Shown here in pieces: positions 27,713 through 36,989 of a stretch of 64,000 nt of DNA. The notes beneath the pieces are model-generated. The model worked only from the letters and a program-made list of their open reading frames with translations, was not told the origin of the DNA and did not search any database. The translations under genes and the position numbers were made by a program. Source of the stretch: Nannocystales bacterium. GTDB taxonomy: Bacteria; Myxococcota_A; Polyangia; Nannocystales; Nannocystaceae. Every line of letters begins with the position of its first letter. The first letter of the stretch is position 1. The stretch spans positions 64,001 to 128,000 of the forward strand of contig JBOEGF010000008.1 of the NCBI GenBank assembly GCA_050633305.1, read 5' to 3'.

Positions 27713-28399
27713 ATGCCCACGCAAAAAGACTTCAAACGCATTGTTCGCGCTCGCATGGAGAAGACCGGTGAGTCCTACACCGCCGCGCGCTCGGCCCTGC
27801 TCACCAAAGCTGCCTCCGCCGCCGCCCCCAAACCCGCCGCCCCCAAATCTCGATGGCCAGAGCTCGCCGGGATGAGCGATGCAGCCGTTCGAACCAAGAC
27901 AGGCCGCACCTGGGCGCAGTGGGTGACCACGCTCGACAAGGAACGCGCGTGGGAGTGGAGCCACCGCGACATCGCCACGCATCTAGTCGAGCACCACCAG
28001 GGCGTGAGCTTCTGGTGGGGTCAGACGATCACCGTCGGATACGAGCGTATTCGTGGACTGCGCGACGTCGGCCAACGTCGAGGCGGAACCTACGACGCCA
28101 ACAAGACACGAACCTTCGCGGTCGATCTCGAGACGCTCTACCGGATGTTCGCGGACGCGAGGCGCCGACGGCGGTGGCTCTCCGAGGGTCTCACCAAGAT
28201 TCGAACCTCGAGGGTCAACACCTCGATGCGGCTAGACTGGGACGACGGGACGCGGGTGATGCTGCACTTCACCGGCAAGGGCCCCACCAAGAGCTCGGTC
28301 TCGATCCAGCACTCGATGCTGCCGGACAAAGCATCCGCGGAGGCTGCCAAGGCGGCATGGCATGAGCGGCTCAACAACCTTCGCGACGTGCTTCGCTGA
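27713..28399 (+). CDS. DUF4287-like/SRPBCC-like protein with basic N-terminal module
   Basis: 'MPTQKDFKRIVRARMEKTGESYTAAR', 'MSDAAVRTKTGRTWAQW...LD', 'WWGQTITVGYERIRGLR..GQ', 'VSIQHSML'; AAGGA SD. Confidence 0.8.
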   Translation: MPTQKDFKRIVRARMEKTGESYTAARSALLTKAASAAAPKPAAPKSRWPELAGMSDAAVRTKTGRTWAQWVTTLDKERAWEWSHRDIATHLVEHHQGVSFWWGQTITVGYERIRGLRDVGQRRGGTYDANKTRTFAVDLETLYRMFADARRRRRWLSEGLTKIRTSRVNTSMRLDWDDGTRVMLHFTGKGPTKSSVSIQHSMLPDKASAEAAKAAWHERLNNLRDVLR

Positions 28400-28413
28400 C
28401 GTCCCAACGCGAA

Positions 28414-28444
28414 GACGGACGCCTCCCGCGCGGCGGCGTCCGTC
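28414..28444. terminator. GC-rich hairpin after stop
   Basis: GACGGACGCC...GGCGTCCGTC, no U-tract. Confidence 0.4.
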
Positions 28445-28498
28445 GTCGGCCCGGCGCGAACCTCGTAGAACAGGAGCCCACAGGTGATGTGGTAGGAT

Positions 28499-29689
28499 GT
28501 GCGCAGGGTGTTGGAAGCGATGGAACTGCGGCGGGTTGGTTGGGTGGTCTTCGCGGCTTGGACCGTGGCGTGCGGCGGCGAAGATGGTCGGCAAGAAGAA
28601 CAAGGGCTGACGCAAGGTGCATCGATCACCTTGTCGGGAGGATCCGCGGTCGGCACGGACGGCGAAGACGAGTCGAGTGAGGGGGAGTCCGGGCTTGGCA
28701 ACACGAGCAACCCCACGACGGCATCCGCGGGCGAGGAAGGCGGCGTCAACGGTTGCGAAGAACTCATCGACGAAGCCGACCTCGGCCCCAGACCCCAGGA
28801 CATCATCTTCGCGGTCGACACTTCGGCATCGATGATCCAGGAGGCCGGGTTCGTTCAGCAGCAGATGAACTCGTTCTCGATTCAGATCGATGCGGCCCAG
28901 GTCGACGCCCGCATCATCCTGCTGTCGGACTACTCGTTTCTGATCAGCCCCGGTGTGTGCATCGATCCTCCGCTCGGCTCCGGCGGCTGCCCGACGATGG
29001 ACTCGAACCCACCGGACTTTCTGCATGTACCCGACAGCGGTGTGGGCAGCAGTGATGCGTTGCTGCGTCTGATCGAGCTGTACCCAGGGTACGCTCCGCT
29101 GCTGCGCCCCAACGCGCTGACCCACGTCGTTGTGGTCACCGATGACAACTCTTCACTGAGCGCGGACGACTTCACCGACCAGTTTTCCGGCTTGGCCGAG
29201 CATCTGGGCAACTTCGTCTTTCACGGCATCGTCAGCTCGCTCGACCCCGACGGCCCCGCATGTGGGTCATGCTGCGCGCTGGGAGCGAGCCAAGGCACGG
29301 TGTACCAAGAGCTCATCTCCGTCACGGGCGGTGTCGAAGGCAACCTCTGCGACCAAGAATTCCAGCCTGTGTTCGGCGCCGTCGCCCAGCAGGTCATCGG
29401 CGGCGCCTCGCTTGCGTGCAACTACCAGATCCCCGACCCACCGGACGGCGAAGTCTTCGACCAGGACGAGGTCAACGTCGAGTTCGAGGACTCCGACGGA
29501 GTCCCCCTACCCATCGGACGGGTCGACTCCGAGGCCGCCTGCGCGGGTGTGACGCACGGCTGGTACTACGACGATCCGGTCGACCCCACGCGCATCATTG
29601 TCTGCCCGCAGACCTGCGACACGATTCGCGACTTCGAGGCCGGCAAGGTTGCGATCAAGTTCGGCTGCGAGACGATTCCTGCGGCCTGA
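28499..29689 (+). CDS. vWA-domain Cys-rich lipoprotein
   Basis: 'VAC' lipobox, MIDAS 'DIIFAVDTSASM', 'VVVTDD', C-term 'GWYYDDP..PTRIIVCPQTC'. Confidence 0.8.
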   Translation: MRRVLEAMELRRVGWVVFAAWTVACGGEDGRQEEQGLTQGASITLSGGSAVGTDGEDESSEGESGLGNTSNPTTASAGEEGGVNGCEELIDEADLGPRPQDIIFAVDTSASMIQEAGFVQQQMNSFSIQIDAAQVDARIILLSDYSFLISPGVCIDPPLGSGGCPTMDSNPPDFLHVPDSGVGSSDALLRLIELYPGYAPLLRPNALTHVVVVTDDNSSLSADDFTDQFSGLAEHLGNFVFHGIVSSLDPDGPACGSCCALGASQGTVYQELISVTGGVEGNLCDQEFQPVFGAVAQQVIGGASLACNYQIPDPPDGEVFDQDEVNVEFEDSDGVPLPIGRVDSEAACAGVTHGWYYDDPVDPTRIIVCPQTCDTIRDFEAGKVAIKFGCETIPAA

Positions 29690-29734
29690 GCCGACCGCGC
29701 CGAGTCTGTGGGCAACGCGGTAACCTCGGGGCCC

Positions 29735-30211
29735 GTGGCGAAACCTCAGGACCCAACAGTCGCGATGCGAGAGCGCGCCGCCGCCTACCCCGATGTCGAT
29801 GCGGGCACGGCCTGCACCCAGAGTTCCTTCAAGGTCCACAAGAAGTCGTTCTTCTTTGTCGGCGAGCAAGGCGGGCGCTTCAAGGCGATGTTCAAGCTGG
29901 ACAGTTCCCGTGACGAGGCGTTCGCACGCGCGGCCGCAGACCCGCAAGAGGTTCAGATCGGCGCGGGGGTGTGGGTCACGGCCCGCTTCAGCGCGACCAA
30001 GCCGCTGCCCAAACGCGTTTGGGTCAAATGGCTCGACGAGAGCTACGCGCTGACCGCCTCCAAGAAGAAGACCGCCTCCAAGAAGAAGACCGCCTCCAAG
30101 AAGAAGACCGCCTCCAAGAAGAAGACCGCCTCCAAGAAGAAGACCGCCTCCAAGAAGAAGACCGCCTCCAAGAAGAAGACCGCCTCCAAGAAGAAGACTT
30201 CGCGGGGCTAG
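29735..30211 (+). CDS. MmcQ/YjbR-family protein with (TASKKK)8 tail
   Basis: 'SFKVHKKSFFF', 'WVTARF', 'WLDESYAL' plus Lys-rich tail. Confidence 0.75.
   Translation: MAKPQDPTVAMRERAAAYPDVDAGTACTQSSFKVHKKSFFFVGEQGGRFKAMFKLDSSRDEAFARAAADPQEVQIGAGVWVTARFSATKPLPKRVWVKWLDESYALTASKKKTASKKKTASKKKTASKKKTASKKKTASKKKTASKKKTASKKKTSRG
30053..30196 (+). repeat. Perfect tandem repeat, 18 bp x 8 (ACCGCCTCCAAGAAGAAG)
   Basis: Eight identical units counted directly; in-frame TASKKK. Confidence 0.97.
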
Positions 30212-30220
30212 GCGGCGTTC

Positions 30221-31075
30221 CTAGGCTGGCCGCTCTGGCTGCACGGTCAATACGGCCGCGCGCACCTTGTCGGCCAAGATCTGGTCGCTGGCGAACATGA
30301 CCCCGCAGTCGGCGAGGAATGGCGTGTCTGGCCGGTTCAACGGAAGAGGCTCGCCGGCGAATGTCGTTGCGACGCCGCCCGCTTCCCGAAAGAAACAAGC
30401 CGTCGCCGCGTAGTCCCACAGGCATCCTCCGCCCCGCCCGGCGCGCGGAAGCTTGAAATACACCGCGGGCGGAAACGTGAGCGCGCACCATGCATTGAGC
30501 ACCGCGGCCTGTCCGACGTTGATCGCGACCGAGCCGAGCTGCTCCGCAATGCGGCGATTGGTGGGCACATCGTCGAAGCTCCAGTCCCCGAACACCTGCA
30601 TGACGCCGGAGCGAGTCCACGGCCACCACTCATCGCCGTCGACCACGAGCCCGCCGTCGAGGACAGCCTGGGCTCGCTGTCCGGAGAACACGTCATGCAT
30701 GACCCCGACCAGCGGGACCCCATCTTGGCGCACGAGGGAGATCGACACCGCCGGACCTCGCCGTCCCCGGATGTACGCGAGCGTGCCATCCAAAGGATCG
30801 ATGCACCAAAACGCGGGGGCCCTCAGACGCGAGCCGTCGTCGTCTCTCTCCTCGGTGAGCAGTCCAAAGTCCCCGAGCGCAGGCTGAAGGGTTTCGAGAA
30901 TGATCGCCTCGCTCCCGCGGTCGACCTCCGTCACGACCTGCGACGCGGCCCCGTCTCCCCCATCTTTGTGCTCGACGACGGCGGGTCGACGACCCTTGAT
31001 GTACGCGGCCGCCTTTGCAGCCGCCTCTTCAGCGAGTTTGGCCAGCCGCCACAGTTCATCGGGGTTCTTGTTCAT
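30221..31075 (-). CDS. Inositol monophosphatase/CysQ-family phosphatase
   Basis: 'QVVTEVD', 'LLTEE', '[10 protein letters not shown]', 'LWDYAA...EAGG'. Confidence 0.88.
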   Translation of the reverse strand: MNKNPDELWRLAKLAEEAAAKAAAYIKGRRPAVVEHKDGGDGAASQVVTEVDRGSEAIILETLQPALGDFGLLTEERDDDGSRLRAPAFWCIDPLDGTLAYIRGRRGPAVSISLVRQDGVPLVGVMHDVFSGQRAQAVLDGGLVVDGDEWWPWTRSGVMQVFGDWSFDDVPTNRRIAEQLGSVAINVGQAAVLNAWCALTFPPAVYFKLPRAGRGGGCLWDYAATACFFREAGGVATTFAGEPLPLNRPDTPFLADCGVMFASDQILADKVRAAVLTVQPERPA

Positions 31076-32024
31076 CGTCATCCAACACCTGGCGGGCCAG
31101 GCCCTCGCTGTAGCCGTGAATCTTGGGGTGGCCCGGGCTCCACCCCTGCAAGAACCGGTAGAAGTCGGTCCAAGCGACGGGGTAGAGGGTACGCCAACTC
31201 TCCTCCAACGCGTCGATGTCGACATCCTGGGCGACTTCGCCGAGGACCGCAAAGTAGTGGTCCAGCAGGCCAGGAACGACGTCCTTCGCATCGGACTCCC
31301 CCACACAGCTGCTGATGAAATACGCCACGTCCTTCATGCCGCAACCACCACCGACATACTGGAAATCGACTGCCGCGACCTCCCCGGGCGCTCCGAAACA
31401 GAAGTTCGCCAGCTTGGCGTCACCGTGCACCAGCGTCTGGAACGGCGTCTCGCGGAGTCGCGCGGCAATCCGGCCCGCCGCGTCTTTCAGCCGACCGGAC
31501 GGAAGCGAATCCCACTCATCGGGCCGGGTCTCGAGATGCCAGTACGTCCCCTCGGACCACAGGCCCTGGGGCACACAACCGAGGAAGGTCGCATGGAAGC
31601 TGGCAAGCCACGACAGACAGCCCCGGACATCCTGCCCCGTCACACTCGAGGAGCGGCGTGGAAATCCCGAGATATCGAGGTCCTCGAGAACGAGGAGGAC
31701 ACCGTCCTTCGTGGCCTGCGTGCCGAGGCACTGCGGAACCCGGCAGGACGCATCGCAGCGAGAGGCATAGTCCTCATACCAAGTCGACTCGACCGCGTAC
31801 GACTTGACCTTGCGAGCATGCCCGCGATCGGTCGCCCACCCGCGAGGGTGTTGCTGCTCGCCGGGCCACTGGACATGTTTGACGATCACACTCGACGTCG
31901 AGCCGCCTGCCAAGCGGCAACGAAGGATCTTCCCGTACCCGCTCCACAGGGTCTGCAGCGGCTGGGTCTGCGAGACCGCATCCGCGCCCGTGGTTTTACA
32001 CACCCATCGCGCCCAGTCATCCAC
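31056..32024 (-). CDS. Choline/ecdysteroid kinase-like (APH-fold) phosphotransferase
   Basis: 'LWSGYG', 'RKVKSYAVE', 'LEDL', '[12 protein letters not shown]', 'HGDAKLAN', '[17 protein letters not shown]'; start may be 32060. Confidence 0.85.
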   Translation of the reverse strand: MDDWARWVCKTTGADAVSQTQPLQTLWSGYGKILRCRLAGGSTSSVIVKHVQWPGEQQHPRGWATDRGHARKVKSYAVESTWYEDYASRCDASCRVPQCLGTQATKDGVLLVLEDLDISGFPRRSSSVTGQDVRGCLSWLASFHATFLGCVPQGLWSEGTYWHLETRPDEWDSLPSGRLKDAAGRIAARLRETPFQTLVHGDAKLANFCFGAPGEVAAVDFQYVGGGCGMKDVAYFISSCVGESDAKDVVPGLLDHYFAVLGEVAQDVDIDALEESWRTLYPVAWTDFYRFLQGWSPGHPKIHGYSEGLARQVLDDDEQEPR

Positions 32025-32069
32025 GTGGTGGAGCCTCGATCGATTCACGAGGACCCGCAAGCCTGCGGA

Positions 32070-33308
32070 CTACTCGTGTCGCAGCGCCTCGATCGGGTCC
32101 AGGCGAGAAGCCCGGATGGCCGGATAGAGACCGGAGACCAACCCCACGCTCACCGAGACGCCGGTCGAAAGCAGGATCGAACTCGCGGTGACCACCGTCG
32201 GCCAGTCCGCATAGAACGCGACCGCGTAGGCGATGCCCATGCCCAGCGTGATCCCAGCGACGCCGCCCAAGAACGAAAGCGCGAACGAGGTCAGCAGGAA
32301 CTGGAAACGGATGTCCCGTCGGCGGGCTCCCACCGCCCGCCGGATCCCGATCGCCCGGGTCTGCTCCAGCACGGAGGCCAGCATGATGTTCATGATGCCG
32401 ATGCCACCAACGAGGAGCGAGATGCCCGCAATACAGCCCATGACGATGTCGAACAGCCGCTGCGTTTGTCGGCTCTGCTCCAGCAGCGCGGCCGGTACGA
32501 CGATCTCGTAGTCGCTCTCCCCACCGTGCAGCCGCTGCATCAAGCCCCCCACAACGGCAGCGACCTCGGTGGGCGACGCCCCCTCTTGGGTACGGATGAC
32601 GATCTCCTCTAGAGGCGCATCGAGAGGGTCACGGTCGAACTTCCGAAGCCCCGTCGACAGCGGGACATAGATCTCGCGCGCCGTCGATGCGACCGCGACG
32701 CCTTCGATGGTGTTGTCCTCGGTGCTCTCAGGGGCCAGGACCCCAACAACCTCCACCCACACGTCGTTGATCTTCACGTGCTTCCCAACCGCCGGCTCGG
32801 GTCCGAACAGTTCTCGGCGCGCCGCAGATCCGAGCACGGCGACCTGCGCGTGTTCCTGCTCATCTCGGGCGTCGATGAAACGACCCTCACCAAGGCTGAG
32901 CAAGGTCAGCTCCGCGTGCAGCGGCGAGACACCGAACACCGTCGCCTCGGTCTTCCCACCGGGCGCATGGATCGCGTAGGCATCGACCTTGAGCCTCGGC
33001 ACGACGTAGTCGACGTCCGGTACGGCCTCCTCGATCGCATGCACGTCGCGGGGCGAAACGCCGATCGACTTCTTCCGGATCTCGAGGAGGTCTTCTTTCT
33101 CGAAGCTCCTCGAGCGGACCAGCACGTTTCGCACACCCATCCGATCGATGAGGTCCATCGCCTGTTGTTCGGCGCCCGCACCGATCGACAGCATGGAGAT
33201 GACCGCCCCAACGCCGAACATCATGCCGAGCATCGTCAACGCGGAGCGCAGCTTGTGCGAGGCCAGGTTCTCCACCGCGGCGAAGAAGGCATCCGCGGGA
33301 CGCATCAT
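32070..33308 (-). CDS. MacB-like ABC permease
   Basis: 'KLRSALTMLGMMFGVGAVI', 'SLLVGGIGIMNIML', 'IGIRRAVGA', 'YPAIRASRLDPIEALR'. Confidence 0.93.
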   Translation of the reverse strand: MMRPADAFFAAVENLASHKLRSALTMLGMMFGVGAVISMLSIGAGAEQQAMDLIDRMGVRNVLVRSRSFEKEDLLEIRKKSIGVSPRDVHAIEEAVPDVDYVVPRLKVDAYAIHAPGGKTEATVFGVSPLHAELTLLSLGEGRFIDARDEQEHAQVAVLGSAARRELFGPEPAVGKHVKINDVWVEVVGVLAPESTEDNTIEGVAVASTAREIYVPLSTGLRKFDRDPLDAPLEEIVIRTQEGASPTEVAAVVGGLMQRLHGGESDYEIVVPAALLEQSRQTQRLFDIVMGCIAGISLLVGGIGIMNIMLASVLEQTRAIGIRRAVGARRRDIRFQFLLTSFALSFLGGVAGITLGMGIAYAVAFYADWPTVVTASSILLSTGVSVSVGLVSGLYPAIRASRLDPIEALRHE

Positions 33309-34588
33309 CGCGGACCTCCGGGCGTTTTCGGGCGCTCTGCCGACTTGGCGTCGTCATCCGCTCCCAACAAAGCGTCGGCGTCCTCGTGAGGGTCGCGCAG
33401 AGCCACTTGGTCCCCCGCCTCGATTCCGGATGTGATCACCACCCGGCCTGCACTCGCGCTTCCAAGCTCGACCACCGTCGCATCGAACCCGCCGACTCCC
33501 CGTTTGTAGACGATGCTCTTGCCGTCCTCATCGAAGATAGCCTGACGCGGGACCACCAGAGCCTCGGGTTCCTCCACCAGGATCGTGGCCTGGATGCGTT
33601 GCCCGATCCGCATGGTTTCGGGGTCGGTCTTGGCGAGTTCGAGCGTCACACCGAAGTAGTGCACGGGGACCTCGTGATGCTTCGGCTGCGCCAGCGTGTC
33701 CATTTTTTGGAGGGTGGCCTCGTAAGCCTGAGACGGATGAGCGTCGATCACCACCTCGGCGGGCAGCCCTGCCACGAGGTTGCCGGCGTCCGCCTCGAGG
33801 ACGTGGACCTTGGCCTCCAGCGCCGCGACATGTGGAAGCTCGGCGAGCTTCTGGCCGCGCCAAACGGTATCGCCGACCCGAATCGGGTCCCCGCGCCAGT
33901 TGCGTTTGAGGACGAGGATCCCGTCGTGAGGAGCCTTGACCTGCAACTTGGCCAGGCCTTCTTCGGCCCGCTGGACCTCCCGCGAGGAGAGGTTCTTCTG
34001 GATGGACAGCAGGTCGATCTGCTTCGAGGAGACCGCGCGCTCGATGTCTTTGACCCGCCGGGCGTGCCGAGCCTTGGCCTCAGCCAACTCGACATCGATG
34101 CTCGACTCCACGATCTCGTTGCGCGAGAGGATCTCGGCGTCGTCCGTCTCGAACTCCCGCGCCACGGCTGCCTCGGAGTCCGACAACGCCGCGGTCACAT
34201 CTCGCTTGGCCTCGTTCGCTCGCGCCGAGACGCCTTCCTTTTTCATCCTCTTGCTCGAAGCCGACACGTCGTCCTGGCTATCGGCAAGTGTTCGCTCCAT
34301 CTCCGAAGCGTCGAACTCGACCACAAGGTCGCCCTCTTTCACGGTCAGTCCGTCCTCGGCCACCCATGCGATCTTCATGGGTCGCTTCGAGTCCTGCGGT
34401 GCCGTGACCGAGGTGGCCTCCACCGCCGCCAGCAAGCCCTCCGCACGAACCCGGCGAACAAACGTCGCGGCGGGCTGCACCTCGAACGTCGGGACCTCCG
34501 CCTCCAACACGTCACCGAGACAACCAGCGCTGGTCGTCGCGGCACTCAGGGCCGCCAACCCGGAGACCATGAACACACGCCGTTTCAC
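33305..34588 (-). CDS. Efflux periplasmic adaptor (HlyD/MacA-like) lipoprotein 3
   Basis: 'VKEGDLVVEFD', coiled coil, 'KAPHDGIL', 'VLEADAG', 'VVPRQAI'. Confidence 0.88.
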   Translation of the reverse strand: MKRRVFMVSGLAALSAATTSAGCLGDVLEAEVPTFEVQPAATFVRRVRAEGLLAAVEATSVTAPQDSKRPMKIAWVAEDGLTVKEGDLVVEFDASEMERTLADSQDDVSASSKRMKKEGVSARANEAKRDVTAALSDSEAAVAREFETDDAEILSRNEIVESSIDVELAEAKARHARRVKDIERAVSSKQIDLLSIQKNLSSREVQRAEEGLAKLQVKAPHDGILVLKRNWRGDPIRVGDTVWRGQKLAELPHVAALEAKVHVLEADAGNLVAGLPAEVVIDAHPSQAYEATLQKMDTLAQPKHHEVPVHYFGVTLELAKTDPETMRIGQRIQATILVEEPEALVVPRQAIFDEDGKSIVYKRGVGGFDATVVELGSASAGRVVITSGIEAGDQVALRDPHEDADALLGADDDAKSAERPKTPGGPR

Positions 34589-35781
34589 GAGGAGACCTCC
34601 GATGGCAGCAGGACCTTGTCCCCCTCGGCGAGCCCACGGAGGACCTCGACTTGGTCGCCCGCTCGGCGCCCGAGTTCCACCGCGACCTCCTCACTGCCCA
34701 ACCCCTGGGCCCGACGAACGACGGGGCCCTGCGGTGTGGGCACGATCGCCTCGAGCGGCAGGAGCAATGCATCATCGATGCGCTCGGACTCGACCGTCCC
34801 GCGGAATCGCATCCCGGGCCGAAGCTTGACGGCATCGTTCGCCTCGAGTTCGATGCGAACGTTGGCCACCTTGAGCGGATTCTCGGGCGATGCTCGACGC
34901 ACGGTCCGGGAGATCTCGACGATCCGCCCCCGAATCTCGACATCGGCCTGAGCGTCGAGTCGCAGCGACACCGACTGCCCGACCGCCACCTTGCTGACAT
35001 CGACCTCATCGACTTGCCCTTGGCCCTCCATCTCATCCAGGGATGCCAGCGAGATCACGGGCTCACCACGCCACGCTGTGTCCCCGACCTTCTTCTTCTC
35101 GCCCCGCCAGTTTGCCTCGTAGATGACTGTCCCGGTGCGTGCGGCTTTGACCGCCATTCCGTCGATGGACGCCGTGATCTCCTCGACCCGCTGCTGCGCG
35201 CGGTCTCGCTTGCTGCGCCAACGACCCACGTCAAACCGGTCCCGCCGACTCGCAGCCTTCGCCTTGGTCTTTTGGAACTGCACCTTCTTTCGGGCGAGTT
35301 CGAGGTCGAGCTTGGCCTTCTCGAGCTCGATGACGGCAGTGATGCCAGCGGGGGCCTCCGCCTTGAGGTCGGCCTTACGCAGCTCCGCCTTCGCCTCGGC
35401 CAACGCCAGGCCCTCGTCCTCGCGTGCCATCTTCGAGGTGGAGACCTTCATCTTGAGCTGCGTGTCCGCCGTGTCTCGCTCGGCCTCTTTCTGGTCCAGA
35501 CGTTGCTTGAGTTCGGTGGTGTCGAGCATCAGGACCGGCTCGCCTTCCTTCGCGACCCCGCCCTCCTCCGCCATCATCGCGATCTTGTAGTTCCACACCC
35601 CGGAGATCGCCGGCGCGGTCACACGGACCGAATCGAGCGCCTTCATCTCGCCAGAGACTTCGACGCCGACGATCAGGACCCCGCGTTCAACGGCGACGGT
35701 TTTTCCTTCGGCAAGCTCGGCAGGGGCACCGTCGCACCCGAGCAACGCAAAGACGAACAGCAGTCCCAGCGCCCGCCTCAT
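34585..35781 (-). CDS. Efflux periplasmic adaptor lipoprotein 2
   Basis: 'LLGC', 'KEGEPV..LD', 'VDEVDVSKV', 'LRPGM', 'GLAEGDKV'. Confidence 0.88.
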   Translation of the reverse strand: MRRALGLLFVFALLGCDGAPAELAEGKTVAVERGVLIVGVEVSGEMKALDSVRVTAPAISGVWNYKIAMMAEEGGVAKEGEPVLMLDTTELKQRLDQKEAERDTADTQLKMKVSTSKMAREDEGLALAEAKAELRKADLKAEAPAGITAVIELEKAKLDLELARKKVQFQKTKAKAASRRDRFDVGRWRSKRDRAQQRVEEITASIDGMAVKAARTGTVIYEANWRGEKKKVGDTAWRGEPVISLASLDEMEGQGQVDEVDVSKVAVGQSVSLRLDAQADVEIRGRIVEISRTVRRASPENPLKVANVRIELEANDAVKLRPGMRFRGTVESERIDDALLLPLEAIVPTPQGPVVRRAQGLGSEEVAVELGRRAGDQVEVLRGLAEGDKVLLPSEVSS

Positions 35782-36989
35782 GCCGCACCTCCGGGAGTGC
35801 GCACCCGGTCGCCCTCGGAGAGCCCCGACAACGCCGCGCAGCGTTGCGTGTCACACGGTCCGACGCTCACATCGACCTCACGTCCATCCTCCAGAATCGC
35901 CGTCGCTCCCTCGGACGAGAAGTGCAGCCCCGACCGCGGGACGAGCAGCACATCCTCGAGAATCGCGCTGGGCACCTCGACCTTGACCGAGAGCCCCGGG
36001 CGCATCTGCTCGGGAAGGTCGTCATCCAGCTCGACAACGACGGTGAATGCTTGTCGGGTGGACTCGCGCGAGGGACTTTGCGCGACCGCGCTCACCGAGC
36101 GAACGAAGCCCGAAAGCGGGACATCGGGAAAGGCGTCGACGGTGCACGTCACCTTCATCCCCCCCACCACACGCCGGTCGTCCACGTCGCTGAGCGTCGC
36201 TTTGACCAGCGTCTTGGAGAGGTCCGGGAGTTCCGCGACGGTGAGCCCGGGCCAGACCGTGTCGCCGACCTGGAGCTTGCGGCCCTCTCGAGGTTCCTTG
36301 CCCACGAGCACGATGCCATCGCGGGGTGCGGTGAGCGCGAGCGCATCCAGCTGCTCCCCCGCCGCTTTGTAAGCGCGCAGCGCCTTCTCGTAGGTGACGC
36401 GCTTGACCTGCTCATCGAGCCGCCCGCCTCCGCGAAGCGAATCGAGATCACGCTTCGCGGTCGTCTGAGCGACCTCGGCGCGCTGCAGCGCGATCTTGAA
36501 GTCCAGCGCCTCGCGGCGAGAGACCAAACTCTCCGGCACCCCGGCGTCGAGCTCGGCCTTGGCGACGGCGGTCTTCTGCGACTCCACTTCGAACTGCTTC
36601 TCCGCGACCTGCACTGCCGTCTCGGCCTGCTGGGTCTCCAACTCAACCCCCGCCTCCACAACCTTCACCTCAAGGTCGCCGAGTTTCTCGATCACCGACG
36701 AGTTGTCGAACTCGACAACCCGGTCTCCTTTCTTGACGACGGCGCCGTCCTCGGCCAACCACTTGATGGCGACCTGCCAGTTTTCCGTGCGCGGCGTCAG
36801 GAGTTCGACCGCATTCTCAGCCTCGAGTTCTCCGGTCAGGAGGATCGTCTGGCTGACAGAGCCCCGCTCGACGACCGCCGTCGGCACCGCCAGCTCGGGC
36901 TCCCCGTGCAACACCGTCGCGGCGGACTCGCAACCGCCCAACAGCGCGGCGCAGAGCATGAGCGTGGGGATGGAGAGGGTTCGTTTCAC
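35778..36989 (-). CDS. Efflux periplasmic adaptor lipoprotein 1
   Basis: 'LGGC', 'VKKGDRVVEFD', 'TAPRDGIV', 'MRPGLS', 'GLSEGDRV'. Confidence 0.88.
   Translation of the reverse strand: MKRTLSIPTLMLCAALLGGCESAATVLHGEPELAVPTAVVERGSVSQTILLTGELEAENAVELLTPRTENWQVAIKWLAEDGAVVKKGDRVVEFDNSSVIEKLGDLEVKVVEAGVELETQQAETAVQVAEKQFEVESQKTAVAKAELDAGVPESLVSRREALDFKIALQRAEVAQTTAKRDLDSLRGGGRLDEQVKRVTYEKALRAYKAAGEQLDALALTAPRDGIVLVGKEPREGRKLQVGDTVWPGLTVAELPDLSKTLVKATLSDVDDRRVVGGMKVTCTVDAFPDVPLSGFVRSVSAVAQSPSRESTRQAFTVVVELDDDLPEQMRPGLSVKVEVPSAILEDVLLVPRSGLHFSSEGATAILEDGREVDVSVGPCDTQRCAALSGLSEGDRVRTPGGAA

Noticed and set aside
30053..30196. Tandem repeat as a CRISPR array, or the alternative-frame (DRLQEE)n / (SSSWRR)n ORFs
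   Set aside because: There are no spacers or cas genes, and the repeat is in frame with the YjbR gene, so the other frames are by-products.
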